This document shows, piece by piece, positions 1-12,687 of a stretch of DNA of 64,000 bases. The notes under the pieces are model-generated. The model was not told the DNA's origin and ran no database searches. It saw only the letters and a list, made by a program, of their open reading frames with translations. Source of the stretch: Octopus vulgaris (taxonomy: Eukaryota); contig OX597817.1 of assembly GCA_951406725.2 (NCBI GenBank), forward strand, positions 49,538,001 through 49,602,000, read 5' to 3'. A program made the translations under genes and the position numbers. Every line of letters begins with the position of its first letter. The stretch's first letter is position 1.

Positions 1-382
1 TGTACTTATACGCACAGTGAAGTGAGGTTGCCGTGTCAAGACATTTGAGACCACAATTACCGCAGCTATGTTAACTAGACGACGAGAGATTCATAGCTTT
101 TGTCTTTTATACGAAAATGAAATTAAAAAAAAAAAACTTTCCTGTGTCCCCTAGTGCTTCTTTGTAAAAATTCTTCACATGGGACTTTTCCAACTTTGTA
201 TTCTGGGGGGTTATAAAACAAATTAAACTAGCAATTTCTGCTAAAGAAAAACGGGAGGAAAAATAATAAAACTGAATTACTGAACAAAATGCCCAAATTA
301 ACGTATAACTTCTCAATCTTTACTTATAATCACACACACAAACCTACATGTCATCATATTAAGGCCAGTGAAATATCCTATT

Positions 383-466
<84 letters not shown>

Positions 467-471
<5 letters not shown>

Positions 472-780
472 TTTTTTGCGTAATGAGATAAAAAAACCCA
501 CACCGTCTCCGATGAAGGGATACTATTATTAATTAATATTCTTGAAACAGCTGTAAGACCTTCTATCTATAAATGCTCTAATATCTATACAGCCTTGGTT
601 TTTATCTCATTACGCAAAAAATTCATGTATACACATGCTGACAGAACCAACGTTGAACCCTTTATTCGCAATATTACCGAATCTGGAACTTAACTATGGT
701 CTGTCTATAGCACTTATTCAGCTTTACTTGGCACCTTTGGGTCTCAATCACACCATTATCTCTTATAACCTGAACTATAT
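467..780 (+). mobile_element. Penelope-like/retrozyme-type non-coding element with hammerhead motif, in (TA)n
   Basis: Flanked by (TA)n on both sides; hammerhead motif at 505-559; 28-bp inverted repeat 467-494/599-626. Confidence 0.65.
505..559 (+). ncRNA. Minimal type I hammerhead ribozyme motif (U4C core)
   Basis: GTCT-CCGATGA-AGGGATA..TATTCTT-GAAA-CAGCTG-TA-AGAC: stem I GTCT/AGAC, 7-bp stem II with GU pairs, palindromic stem III, GUA triplet. Confidence 0.75.
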
Positions 781-1014
781 ATATATATATATATGTGCAT
801 ATGTGTGTGTGTGTAGCTGTCTATCTATCACTATCATGCACACATTAGCACCTACAGCCTTACGTATTCACACATATAATCATCATCTCATGCATGTATG
901 GATGCTCATACACCTGGCAGTCTTCTGTATCTGGAAAGAGAAAAAGGTCTTGTAAATGCTGATTTACCGAAAAGACCTTTCGCTCTCTTCTATATGTAAG
1001 AAAAGCAATCATAT

Positions 1015-1228
1015 TTGTTTCAGATTTTGGCACAAGGCCAGCAAGTTTGGGGAGGTTTAAGGAGCTTACATCGACCCCAGTGCTCAACTGGTACTTATTT
1101 CATCGACTCCCAAAAGGATGAAAGACAAAGTCGACCTCGGCGGAATTTGAACTCAGTACATAAAGACTGCCGAAATGCCGCAAAGGATTATTGCCCGGCG
1201 TGCTAACGATTTTGCCAGCTCGCCGACT
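1015..1228 (-). mobile_element. SINE family B (tRNA-like head, Deu/Nin-like domain)
   Basis: Reverse strand has GAGTTCAAATTCCGCCGAGGTCGACTTTGTCTTTCATCCTTT, shared with many copies in the window. Confidence 0.85.
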
Positions 1229-1244
1229 GAATAATAAATAACAA

Positions 1245-1493
1245 ATGCGCCCTTTTTAAAGCCAACCAGGCTCATGGTCCCGGTTTCCTGGTTTCCATAG
1301 CGTATGTGTTCCCCAGCTGGATGGGACGCCAGTCCATCGCAGCGTTACTCATTTTTGCCAGCTGAGCGGACTGGAGCAACGTGAAATGAAGTGTTTTGCT
1401 CAAGAACACAACGCGTCGCCCGGTCCAGGAATCGAAACCACAATCTTACGACCATGATGCTGACACCCTAACCACTAAGCCACGCGCCTCCAC
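1245..1493 (-). mobile_element. SINE family D (tRNA head, CORE-like body, tail 1)
   Basis: Reverse: GTGGAGGCGCGTGGCTTAGTGG A box, GTTTCGATTCC B box, CTTGAGCAAAACACTTCATTTCACGTTGCTCCAGTCC core. Confidence 0.8.
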
Positions 1494-1504
1494 AATCATA
1501 CTGA

Positions 1505-1726
1505 ATATTGATTTCAAATTTTTGCACAAGGCCAGCAATTTTGGGAGGGAGCATAAGTCGATTAAATCGAACCCAGTGCTCAACTGGTATTTATTTTTAT
1601 TAACCTCCAAAAGGATGAAAGGCAAAACTGACCTCGTTGAAATTTGAACTCTGAACGTAAAAACGGGCGAAATGCCGCTAAGCATTTTTTCCCGACGTGC
1701 AAACGATTCTGCCAGATCACCGCCTT
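1505..1726 (-). mobile_element. SINE family B
   Basis: Homologous to other B copies. Confidence 0.8.
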
Positions 1727-1786
1727 CTCATCATATTGAATATAATATTATTTATAATATTTATCATATCTATTATTGATTTATCT

Positions 1787-2464
1787 GGATCTTTTCTGTT
1801 TGGTTACACTTTTTGAAATTCTAGAATTCAGTGAAAACTTTCAAATTTGGTGTATTGATGAATTTTTTCCGCTGAATCTCAGGGCCTAATTCTTTTGTTA
1901 CAGAAAATCTTTTAAATAAGTTTTAGACGTTTAAAGTTTGATCATTTTTACCCAGTTAGAAAACAGGATTTGGAAGCTGTCATTTTATGCGTGACTGCAG
2001 TCGTCAGACGATAAAACAATGTCGACATTGCAACGATAGCACGTGTTTTAAGACTTTGATAAACAAATAATTACCAAAGAGTGTGTAAACAACACATATT
2101 TTGTAGTTTTAAGCATTCAAGTGGTAGGGCTCGAAAATGCAACGTATAATATCATTATAAAAAAAAAACAGCAACAGACGGGTGCAAGCAGGAAAACAGC
2201 GTAAAATATCAGTTTGTAAACGCACGTGGATTTTCGTAAACAAGAGTTCCAACGCTTAGCTTGTTATTATAAAAACAGAAAATTATATGCCTGTGGCTTT
2301 CGATTGGCTAAAATCACACAAAATTTGGAAGCTTTAAAAGCTATTAAGCGTATATTTATTGATATATAGCCAAAATCAATTTTCCGTCAATAGTTAACAT
2401 ACAAACTATGCCAATACACCAAACTTGAAGAAATTGAAAAAATGGCAGTCAAGCTGAATAGATT
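1787..2464. mobile_element. Decayed non-autonomous DNA transposon, termini related to the MITE at 34282
   Basis: Left end GGATCTTTTCTGTTTGG and degenerate inverted right end; subterminal TTTGGTGTATTG/CAATACACCAAA. Confidence 0.4.
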
Positions 2465-2598
2465 TAATCATTTACTTTTCTTTGATTTTAGTGACCGACT
2501 TCAGTTGCTATAAATCCAGTTACAGACCCATTCTGCAAACAGTCTTGTAAAACTAGTATTGCTTCGTAACTTACGCTAGTAATATACTTAAGTATATA

Positions 2599-2830
2599 CA
2601 TTTCTTTACTGCCCACAAGGGGCTAAACACAGAGGGGACAAACAAGAACAGACAAACGGATTAAGTTGATTATATCGAACCCAGTGCGTAACTGGTACTT
2701 AATTTATCGACCCCGAAAGGATGAAAGGCAAAGTCGACCTCGGCGGAATTTGAACTCAGAACGTAACGACAGACGAAATACCGCTAAACATTTCGTCCGG
2801 CGTGCTAACGTTTCTGCCAGCTCGCCGCCT
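2599..2830 (-). mobile_element. SINE family B, full length
   Basis: 19-bp TSD TAATATACTTAAGTATATA at 2580-2598 and 2831-2849. Confidence 0.92.
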
Positions 2831-3218
2831 TAATATACTTAAGTATATAACAAACGGTACACAACTCAAGTTATTGAGTTAACTTCTTCCGGATTTTACA
2901 TAAGCTGAGGTATTTAAAGTATTTTAGATCCGAGTGGCTTTTATAACGCAACTGGAAAGTTTCTCTTATTTACAAACGCATTAATCGAGTAAGTATGCCA
3001 AAAACTCTTTTTACATTTTAAACCTCGTTAACAACTCTAGAGCTTTATCTCTACCGAGAAATTCTTTTAGGGAGAGCTAGATATTGTGAATTAATTGATA
3101 AGATATAAATGTAACCTGTATTAGGTATTGTAAGTATCAATTTGAAAATTAAAATAACGATAGAAATATCCACGACTGTCTTCTTATCGCCAGAAAGTAA
3201 ACTTGTCCCTTTGCTTAA

Positions 3219-3754
3219 TCCATTAAGTTCCACTGTCCTATAAATAGGACACTAAAAATGAACATTAAATAAGGTATATCACATTGTCTCAGTGTCCAAT
3301 TTATAGGACACCGAGGATTTCCCTTTTTACTTGAAGTAAAAAACGTTGCCCTTTTCAAGCCTAGCCAGGCTCATGGTCCCGGTTACCCGGTTTCTATGGC
3401 GTATGTGTTCCTCCCAGCTGGACGGGACGCCAGTCCATCGCAACGTTACTCAAGAAAGAGAGAGTGAGAGAAAGTTGTAGCGAAAGAATACAACAGGGGT
3501 CACCACCACCCCCTGCCAGAGCCTCGTGGAGCTTTTAGGTGTTTTCGCTCAATAATCACACACAACGCCCGGTCTGGAAATCGAAACTGTGATCCTCCGA
3601 CCGTGAGTCCACTGTCCTAACCACTGGGCCATTGCGCCTCCTCTTGAAGTAAAGGAGTTTTAATAATTTTTTTTTTCATTTTAACCTATTTTCAATCATC
3701 TGTCAAAATTTAAAAGTAACATTCAGAAATTTAAGTACTCTGGGACTTAATGGG
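3219..3754. mobile_element. piggyBac-type MITE (interrupted by SINE C)
   Basis: TTAA flanks at 3215-3218 and 3755-3758; TIR TCCATTAAGTTCC / GGGACTTAATGGG. Confidence 0.7.
3341..3642 (-). mobile_element. SINE family C (tRNA-Arg-like head, tail 1)
   Basis: A/B boxes on reverse strand; 11-bp TSD CTTGAAGTAAA at 3330-3340 and 3643-3653. Confidence 0.9.
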
Positions 3755-4444
3755 TTAAAGACAAGTCAGTTTTGGAGAATACTTGATTCTGGAGATTTTC
3801 TTCCCTTCCCAAGTGAAGCTGGTCTTAATTGCCATTCTGTAATTACGACACGGCCACTGGAGGTTGAGATAATTTTAATAAATCAAGAACATACGTTGTA
3901 TGTTATTTGATATATCTGCATTTGTCTGTCGTTCCAGTGCATGCCATTGGCCACTTTTAGTTCATTTCTGTTTCAATTACACAAATTACCTTGGCTATAA
4001 ATGTATTCAACTCTTTTTAAATGTGTAAATTTCTTAGCTCCCGGTGATGAGTTATAACGAGTGCCGTGCTAATGACGGTTATTGCATCAGACACACGTGT
4101 CCATAACTGCCCTCTTTTCTATAGACACTAAGCCTCCCCTTTTCCTCTGCGCCATGCCAGATTTGGAGAATTCTTAAGTCTTGAGATTTTCTCCCTTAGA
4201 GCTGATCTTAATCCCCATTTGGTAATTTTGATACAGCCTCTAATTTTAAGAAAATAAGTCAAGAATTTATGTTATATTGTATTTTATATATATCTAATTG
4301 TCTATGTCGCTGTACAGTGTACGCGTACATACAAGCATGCATACATACATACACACACACATACATACACACATGCATATGTATGTATGTATATGTGTAT
4401 GCATGTATAAAGACAAATATGAAAATGAATACAAATATATGGTA

Positions 4445-4831
4445 CTAGCAGTATCGCCCGGCGTTGCTCAGGTTTGTAAGGGAAATAACTATAAAGCATC
4501 TTTAGAGAGTTATAGCCAAAAAATAGCAAAAAAATGGAAAAAAAATGATGGTAAATTTTTTTTTGAGAGTAAAAAAAGGTTGAGTTGCGTCCCCTAGACA
4601 GTCTGTGGTTTGTTTTTTTTAATTCTCGACCCCATGTCGAATTTATCGATTTTTTTCAGAACTGGGGGAACTTTTCAAAATTTTCGCTGCGTTAGTTTTG
4701 AATTATGACATTGGGCTATGCGTGTGTCAAGTTTCATCAGAATCGGTTGAAAGCCGTGGTCAGGGTGAGGGTACGAGAAAACAGACACACAGAAACACGC
4801 ACAGACAAACTGCCGTTTATATATAGAGAGA
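4445..4831 (-). mobile_element. Non-autonomous Helitron
   Basis: On minus strand starts TC, ends with a hairpin then CTAG, inserted between A and T; termini shared with 17000 and 39307. Confidence 0.75.
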
Positions 4832-4866
4832 TAGACAAAAATGAGTGTATATATGTGTGTGTGTGT

Positions 4867-4904
<38 letters not shown>

Positions 4905-5109
4905 CTGTGTGTGTGCGTGCGTGTGTGCGTGCGTGTGTGCGTGCGTGCGTTTGTGCACAAACGAATAGAAATACAACCATTTAAGAGCAACATACACACA
5001 TACATACACACGTGCACGTATAAACACACGTAACTGATTATGTCACCACCTAGGCTGTTCCAGAGCCCGCTACTGCTCAATTCACATTCAACACCTCGTA
5101 CTGAAACCT

Positions 5110-5343
5110 GATGGGTGACCCCCTTCGGTCAGACACTGACCATGGGTTTGCACCTAGAGAGTTACCCTCTGAGGCACAAGTCTGGGCAAGGTTGTTTATG
5201 GAAGACCAGCAGTCGCCCATGCATACCGGCCTCCCCTCTCCACGTCACCGATGTTGTCCAAGGGAAAGGCAAAGGCCGATACAGCTTGGCACCTGTGACG
5301 TCGCAACTCATTTCTACAGCTGAGTGAACTGGAGCAACGTGAA
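5110..5343 (-). mobile_element. SINE D-type 3' portion with a distinct tail
   Basis: Reverse contains TTCACGTTGCTCCAGTTCACTCAGCTGTAGAAATGAG core followed by a different tail. Confidence 0.65.
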
Positions 5344-6321
5344 TGAAACCTGGTGCATCCCAAAATGACTAAGAGTTTTTTTGGGTTTTTTTATGATCAG
5401 CCATTTAGTGAAGACCTCTAGATGGGGGGAATTATTAATCAAGCAACCACAGACCGTCAACATGATACTTTTTACTAAGAATCTATCTTTACGAGATGCC
5501 TAATTCTGGTCCCGGTTTCAAGTTTAAACAAATATGTTAACTATATAGTCTTCCTCCAGGTTATATATTAAACTGATCATGCAATGGTGTCTTTCGGATT
5601 TTCGACAAGAGTTAACCACATTTCTCCAGCCTTGACTGCATCTCATCATCATATTACAATGGAGTGATACTACAAGAAGGGCGGTGGGCCTCAACGTTTT
5701 AGCTATTGATTCTCTGGTCTTTAACTTTTAACATTCTGGTCAGTTCTTGGGACTGAAGATAAAGAGAATTTTAGTTTCAGTTCCTAAAGTTATGACTCGT
5801 AGTACCTCCATAATACCAGTACATATGGCCTGAATTTGAAGGTTTTTTTTAATTATTTGTTGCGTTCCTTTCAGCTTTTCTGTTACTTCTGAAAAAAAAA
5901 GCATTTATATGATATTTTCTACACTATGTATAGCAGCTCGACTTCTCTGCACCACTAGTTTTAAAGATCTCCTCATAGCCGCTATGTTGAACAACTCCGG
6001 AATTCCTTTGTGATTTTTAGAGGTCATCAGGATTTGTACATCCATATAGACGCTACGATATCAGATATTATTACCGTTCACGTCGGCACTCGTTATCTGA
6101 CCAGTGTTTTTCCACACAGGTAACAAACAACGTTGACCAGAAGCTCTGGTCAACGTTGTTTTCGATGTCTTTCACGGTTACTCATTTATTTTATTCGTTC
6201 CGTATGTTGGAGAACATACAAATGAACGGTATGTAACACAATTGCTTAGTCTGTTTCCTCGCCCTCGTCTTAATTTCAATCATGATACACACACTTTCAT
6301 ATAATCCGCTCACTCAATAGA

Positions 6322-6588
6322 GTGAACAGAGTATCTTTTCATGCATCGGCGATTTACAAGAATCACTAGAGCGCATAAGTGTAGTGTCACGTGTATGTCA
6401 GGTGAAGAGTGGTTTGATGCATACGTCAATGACATGATGTAATTATTACATCACACCACTCTTCACCTGACATACGCGTGACACTACCTTATGCGCTCTA
6501 GTGATTCTTGTAAATCGCTGATACATGAAAAGCTGTAACCTGCTCACTTTATCAAAAACGCCGATGCATGAAAAGATACTCTGTTCAC
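6322..6588. mobile_element. Foldback/MITE-like long inverted repeat
   Basis: About 95-bp arm 6322-6420 mirrored at 6448-6532, with a second copy of the terminus at 6560-6588. Confidence 0.7.
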
Positions 6589-6675
6589 ATTGTAATATAT
6601 TATGCGTATCAGCAGTAATAGGCCAGGTTTTTCTTTTTTTTTTTTAGATTTTAAAGAAAAATTCATTGCAATATT

Positions 6676-7072
6676 CTTTTCTACTCTAAGCACAAGGACC
6701 GACATTTTTGAGGAGGGGGCCAGTCGATTAGATCGACCCAAGTACGCAATTGGTACTTTATTTATCGACTCCGAAAGGATGAAAGGCAAAGTCGATCTCG
6801 GCAGAATTTGAACTCAGAACATAAAGACAGACGAAATACCTATTTCTTTACTACCCACAAGGGGCTAAACACAGAGGGGACGAACAAGGACAGACAAACG
6901 GATTAAGTCGATTACATCGACCTCAGTGCGTAACTGGTACTTATTTAATCGACCCCGAAAGGATGAAAGGCAAAGTCGACCTCGGCGGAATTTGAACTCA
7001 CAACGTAGCGACAGACGAAATACCGCAAAGCATTTCGCCCGGCGTGCTAACGTTTCTGCCAGCTCGCCGCCT
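6676..7072 (-). mobile_element. SINE family B dimer
   Basis: Two tandem units joined at AAAGAAATAGG|TATTTCGTC; TTGCAATATT repeated on both flanks. Confidence 0.85.
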
Positions 7073-8159
7073 TATTTCCTTGCAATATTACGTAATAAAA
7101 AGCTCATTTATAAACATTTACTTAAAATCGAATGCCTGTATATTTGTAATTGTCACTCTGATAAGAAGATTATGAAATAAATTAAAACTTTAAAAAGCCG
7201 GATTTGATATGCCGGGCTACGAAGTTTTCGCCTTCACTACCATAAGATAAAATATCATGCGGTATTTGTTCTGACATTCTCGGCTACAAGTTCAAAACAC
7301 ACCGAGGTCAATCAACATCAGATTTGAATACAATACTAAGAATTCCAGAGTAATAGATTAGGGGAATCAGTAGAGCATCTGAAATAAATACGTGTGGTTT
7401 TTATTCCTGTTCTTTGTGTTCAGAAGTATCGGGTAGTCTTCCAGTTTAACACCACCACATGTTCGCTGAATGCCTATAGCAGAGTTCACCCTATTGCAAG
7501 TATTCAGGTTAAGTCTTTGGTTTAAGAAAAACCTTTCTTCCTTCTTTCCACCAGTTTTAGAAGGCCTTGAAAAATGAATTATGTGTGGTGCATTACATTA
7601 AGTAAATGCTAGAAAAAAACTGAAACGTTGACGATATAAGAACCCTGTAAATTTTGAAATACACAAATGAATTAGTGTTCTTCTTTCTTGCACTACTGTG
7701 ATGGCTTCAGGTAAACCTGCACTTGTGTTGGTTACGAAGTGTTGCCAAACAAGTGTTTATTTTAGTTAGCTGGCTCATAGCTAGAGTTGGTCTACTTTCG
7801 CAGCTTTAGCAAAAGACGAAGCTATAAGATTACTTTTGTCACAAACACTAAAAATTTCAGGGTTGTTCTCTTTTAGTAAAACGTCAATCGTTGACTAACG
7901 TGTTGCTGAAATTGCTCATATTTGTTGCTATGACATTATCATTTTTTCTTTCTGTTCAAGTGCATGAGTTTGCTGCAAGTCTTTCCGTCCCGCCCTCCCG
8001 CTGGAAAACAAAATTCATGTCGAAAGATTAATAACAGTGGATGTACTTTTAATATGACATCTATTAGATGAGGTTTTACTGTTCCTCTTGCAGAGGAAAC
8101 CATTCTTTTACTTGTTCCAATCATTTGACTGCGGCCATACTGGAGCACCGCTTTTAGGT

Positions 8160-8345
8160 ATCGAGCCTACGCTCTTCGACAGAAAGGAACACAGAAATAA
8201 ACAAAGAGAAGGGAAAGAAAGGGAGAAGAGAAGACAAACGGGAAAAAGAGAGGGAGGAAGAGAGAGAGGCATGGTAACAAGTGCGGATTGGGAGAAATGA
8301 CAATAGGAAAAAAACAGAAAATTCAAAAAAGTTTAGAAAAGTTCA
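8160..8345 (-). mobile_element. Truncated copy of the CUGUNGA-hammerhead element family
   Basis: Reverse ends CCTTTCTGTCGAAGAGCGTAGGCTCGA, matching the 27105 and 62563 copies. Confidence 0.6.
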
Positions 8346-8356
8346 CACACACACAT

Positions 8357-8565
8357 GCGTGTGTTTGTGTTTGTCCCCCACCACCGCATGACGACCGGTG
8401 ATGGTTTGTTACGTTCCCGTAACTTATCGGTTCGGCAAGAAGAGACCAATAGAATAAGTACCAGGCTTAAAAAACGAAATTAAGTCTTGGGGTCGATTTG
8501 TTCGACTACAAATTCTTCAAGTCGGTGCTCCAGCGTGGTCGCAGTCTAATGACCGAAACAAGTTA
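8357..8565 (+). mobile_element. SINE family A, 3' half
   Basis: CGTAACTTATCGGTTCGGCAAG...GGTGCTCCAGC...GAAACAAG. Confidence 0.75.
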
Positions 8566-8635
8566 AAAAATAGAACAATATTGTGTAATCTCATTCAGTA
8601 TTATTATAAATTGTTGTTTTGTTGTTGGTGGTGGT

Positions 8636-9030
8636 TTGTTTGTTTGTTTATTTGTTTGTTGAGCGAAGCGGTCTTCGTCCCAGAGCTCGCAAGATCGCGA
8701 GAAATCCGAAACGTGGTCCTTTGCTATTCGTAAGACCTGCACAAGAGAAATCAGGTCAACCCCCGACACCGAGAGCATCGACGGATGGATGAATGCGCAT
8801 CCAGGCTCAACGCTTGCGTAGGAAGTTGGGGACAAGAAACAGAAAGAAAGAGTGAGAGAAAGTTGGAGCGAAAGAGTACAACAGGGGTCGCCACCACCCC
8901 CTGCCGGAGCCTCGTGCAGCTTTAGGTGTTTTCGCTCAATAAACAAACACAATGCCCGGTCTGGGAATCGAAACCGCGATCCTCCGACCGCGAATCCGCT
9001 GCCCTAGCCACTGGGCCATTGCGCCTCCAC
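8636..9030 (-). mobile_element. SINE family C with structured tail 2
   Basis: Same head as 3341; tail matches 22508 and 52861; ends in (CAAA)n. Confidence 0.88.
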
Positions 9031-10109
9031 GTTGTTGTTGTTGTTGGTGGTGGTGGTGGTGTTGCTGTTGTTTGTTTGTTTTTAACAGAAAGTAATCAAT
9101 GCCTAACCTCATTTTAATACTAGCATACCATATGGCCACCCCTCTTTATCCTTGATACACCTCTGCAAGTTTCTCGATGTCCTCAAATCCTCGCTGTTCT
9201 TTGACACTACTTCCACCACCACTACCATCTTCCCTTGCTCAACCACATCTATGTTGACACAACATTTTCTTCGACAGAACTACCTCTTTTCCAAACATAC
9301 CTACCTACCTCTTTCTTAAGCCTACCCACCCCTTCCTTATCACTACCAACCCTACATTCTCTGGTAGTCACCACTTTTTAGAACACAACCACTCCTTTTT
9401 CACCACGTTGAATATAGCTACCCACATTTTTCATTTGCACCGTCAAACTTTCTGGTTTATATTTTTCAAAATTTTCCCTTCTTTCTATTTTTCTTTTCTC
9501 ACCTCATATACTTTCTCTCTCCCCCCTCCCCTTCTCTCTCTCTCCATTAATTTACTCAGTAAAAACATGCCTATATATTTGTACACATAAACATTTATAT
9601 ATATATATTGCTAGTGTGCATACGAATATTTATATAACAGCAGGCATTGCTGTCTGGTCAACCAGTTCGCTTCGCAGCAAAGCGGTTTTGAGTTCAGTTC
9701 GAAAGCACAGCACCCTAGGCAAATATCCTCTGCTACAGCGTCACCATTACAAGGCATTGCCCTTAATACAGTGTCATTGAATTGCACCAGATTAACCAAC
9801 AAATGCATTACTTCACATTCTGAGTTCAAATCTAGTTAGGGTCGCTTTATTTCCCATTTACCCTCTCGTTTTGAAAACCCAAGTACCAATAAAATACTGC
9901 GGATTCATCGTTTTCATCCTTATATTTTTGTGCTAAAATAAGAATTATATCATTAGCCAATGGACTTTTTATATCTCACTCGTATTATATAAGAATTATT
10001 CTATAGTTTCTGTTACTAGGTTGCGGCCATGTAGGATCATTACCACGCAAGGTTTTGGTCGATTACATCCACCTGGGAAGTTATCTTTTGGTCTGGTATT
10101 TAACTTATT

Positions 10110-10526
10110 TATTTCTTTATTGCCCACAGGGGGCTAAAGATAGAGGGGACAAATAGGGACAGACAAAGGGATTAAGTCGATGAGATCGACCACTGTACGT
10201 AACTGGTACTTATTTAATTGATCCCGAAAGGATGAAAGGCAAAGTCGACCCCGGCGGAATTTGAACTCAGAACGTAGCGACAGACGAAATGCCTATTTTT
10301 TTACTACCCACAAGGGGCTAAACACAGAAGGGACAAACAAAGACAGACAAACGGATTAAGACGATTATATCAACCCCAGTGCGTGACTGATACTTATTTA
10401 ATCGACCCCGAAAGGATGAAAGGCAAAGTCGACCTCGGCGGAATTCGAACTCAGAACGTAACGGCAGACGAAATACCGCTAAGCATTTCGCCCGACCTGC
10501 TAACGTTTCTGCCAGTTCACAGCCCT
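10110..10526 (-). mobile_element. SINE family B dimer
   Basis: Two units under one 16-bp TSD TGGTATTTAACTTATT (10094-10109, 10527-10542). Confidence 0.9.
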
Positions 10527-10869
10527 TGGTATTTAACTTATTGATTTCTATTTATTGAACAACTAAATACACGATACACACGCGCGCGCGCGCATTTAAG
10601 AATGCATTCGTACTCCTTCACCCGGTTAGGTTTTCCTACACTCACGCACTCTCAATGCAATTACTGTTCCTGCTGTCATGCGCACGACTGAACGCTCCAA
10701 TTTATATCTTAGAATTGGGTTTCTTACAAGTACGACCTGGCTTCTCTGTCTCACCACTCAGCTACTGAATTACTTAGATTACTTAGATAAGTTTCGGCCG
10801 AAGTTGGCCCAGACCATGACTAATTAAATAGCTCCACCAGGAAGAGATACACTCTCAGCTCTTAGGCAC

Positions 10870-11740
10870 TACAGCCCATTCGAGTAGAGAGTTATTGTTT
10901 TCAGATACATATCCGGGTGCGTGTGGCTTTTCTGGTATTTGTTGGAGGCAAATCATCTGGGGATTATTTGAATGCTGTGAAATCACTTTCCCCGTTTAAG
11001 TGGGCTGACATGATGTTAAAGACAGCAGGGCCAATTGATGTTAAAGACAGCAGTTCTGTCGTAGTGTTGTGATACGACACAAATATCATTTCTGTAGTGG
11101 ACGGATGGCAAGGAGATCAAGCTTCGGATGAATTTTAAAGATGATACCTATGTCATTTGGGCAGTGTTCATGGAATATTTTCCACATCATTAGGCGCGGG
11201 ATTGCCTGTGTGGTAAGTAGCTTGCTTACGAACCACATGGTTCTGGGTTCAGTCCCACTGCGTGGCACCTTGAGCATGTGTCTTCTACTATAGACGCGGG
11301 CCGACCAAATCCCTGTGAGTGGATTTGGTAGACGGAAACTGAAAGAAGTCCGTCGTATGTATGTGTGTGTATATGTTTATGTGTCTGTGTTTTTCCCCCT
11401 AGCATCGCTTGACAACCGATGCTGATGTGTTTACGTCCCCGTAACTTAGCGGTTCGGCAAAAGAGATCGATAGAATAGGTACTAGGCTTACAATGAATAA
11501 GTCCTGGGGTCGATTTGCTCGACTAAAGGCGGCGCTCCAACATGGCCGCAGTCAAATGACTGAAACAAGTAAAAGAGTAAGAGTATCATACAGATGATAT
11601 AGCACTCACGGTGACGTTGGAGGGAATAAAACTGAGCTTTTTTGAGTCGATCCCAATAGTCAAGACCTGTCATGTCATCTATTTTTTTTTGCGTATGATT
11701 GATCACTGGGACGCTTCAATTTTCACTAGTATTTTATTTT
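10870..11740 (-). pseudogene. CR1-clade LINE ORF2 C-terminal relic, split by a SINE A
   Basis: KIDDMTGLDYWDRLKKAQFYSLQRHRECYIICM continues past the SINE as MWKIFHEHCPNDIGIIFKIHP. Confidence 0.75.
11192..11583 (+). mobile_element. SINE family A, full length
   Basis: tRNA-like head GGCGCGGGATTGCCTGTGTGG..GGGTTCAGTCCC, central microsatellite, AGTAAAAGAG tail. Confidence 0.9.
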
Positions 11741-11780
11741 TAATTGTTTCGGTTATTAGATTGCGGCCATGCTGAGCCAC

Positions 11781-12095
11781 GTAGAGGCGCTATTGCCCAG
11801 TGGTTAGGGCAACGGACTCGCGGTCGGAGGATCGCGGTTTCGATTCCCAGACCGGGCGTTGTGTGTGTTTATTGAGCGAAAACACCTAAAGCTCCATGAG
11901 GCTCCAGCAGTGGTTAGTGGCGACCCCTGTTGTACTCTTCCGCCCCAACTTTCTTTCACTCTCTTTCTTGGGTAACGCTGCAATGGACTGACGTCCCGTC
12001 CAGCTGGGGGGGGGGGGGCATATACGCCACAGAAAGCGGGAAACCGGGCCCATATGCCTGGCTAGGCTTGAAAAGGGCGCATAAATAAATATAAT
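11781..12095 (+). mobile_element. SINE family C (tail 1)
   Basis: 12-bp TSD ATGCTGAGCCAC/ATGCTGATCCAC. Confidence 0.9.
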
Positions 12096-12399
12096 ATGCT
12101 GATCCACTGCTTTGAACAACTTTTAGTCGAATGTATGGTCCCAAGTAATTATCTTTTTAATTACAAAAAAAATATTTCCCCTATTTTCGGTTTGTCTTTT
12201 TTAAGAGGCAAATTTGAATTTATCGACTATTTTATTTATTTATTTAACTATTCATTTATTCGTTATGTTGTTCAGTTAATCAATTCGGGCCATTGGTTCA
12301 TTTTACATATTTCTCTTATCTTACATTTTGTATCAACACACAAACACACACACACGAATACACACATACACACATATAGTTTCTCCCTTTATTTGTCTT

Positions 12400-12466
<67 letters not shown>

Positions 12467-12687
12467 GGAGAGAGAGAGAGCGAGGCGCAAGAGTGACTGT
12501 GTGGTAAGAAGCTTGCTTCCCAACCACATGGTTCTGGGTTCAGTCCCACTGCGTGGCACCTTGGGCAAGTACCTTCTACTATAACCTCAGGCCGACCAAA
12601 TCCTTGTGAGTGGATTTGGTAGATGGAAACAGAAAACGTCGTATAAATAAATAGATAAATAAATAAATATATATATATATATATATA

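Noticed and set aside
5400-6080. Decayed LINE coding sequence
   Set aside because: The composition is suggestive, but I could not read a convincing motif
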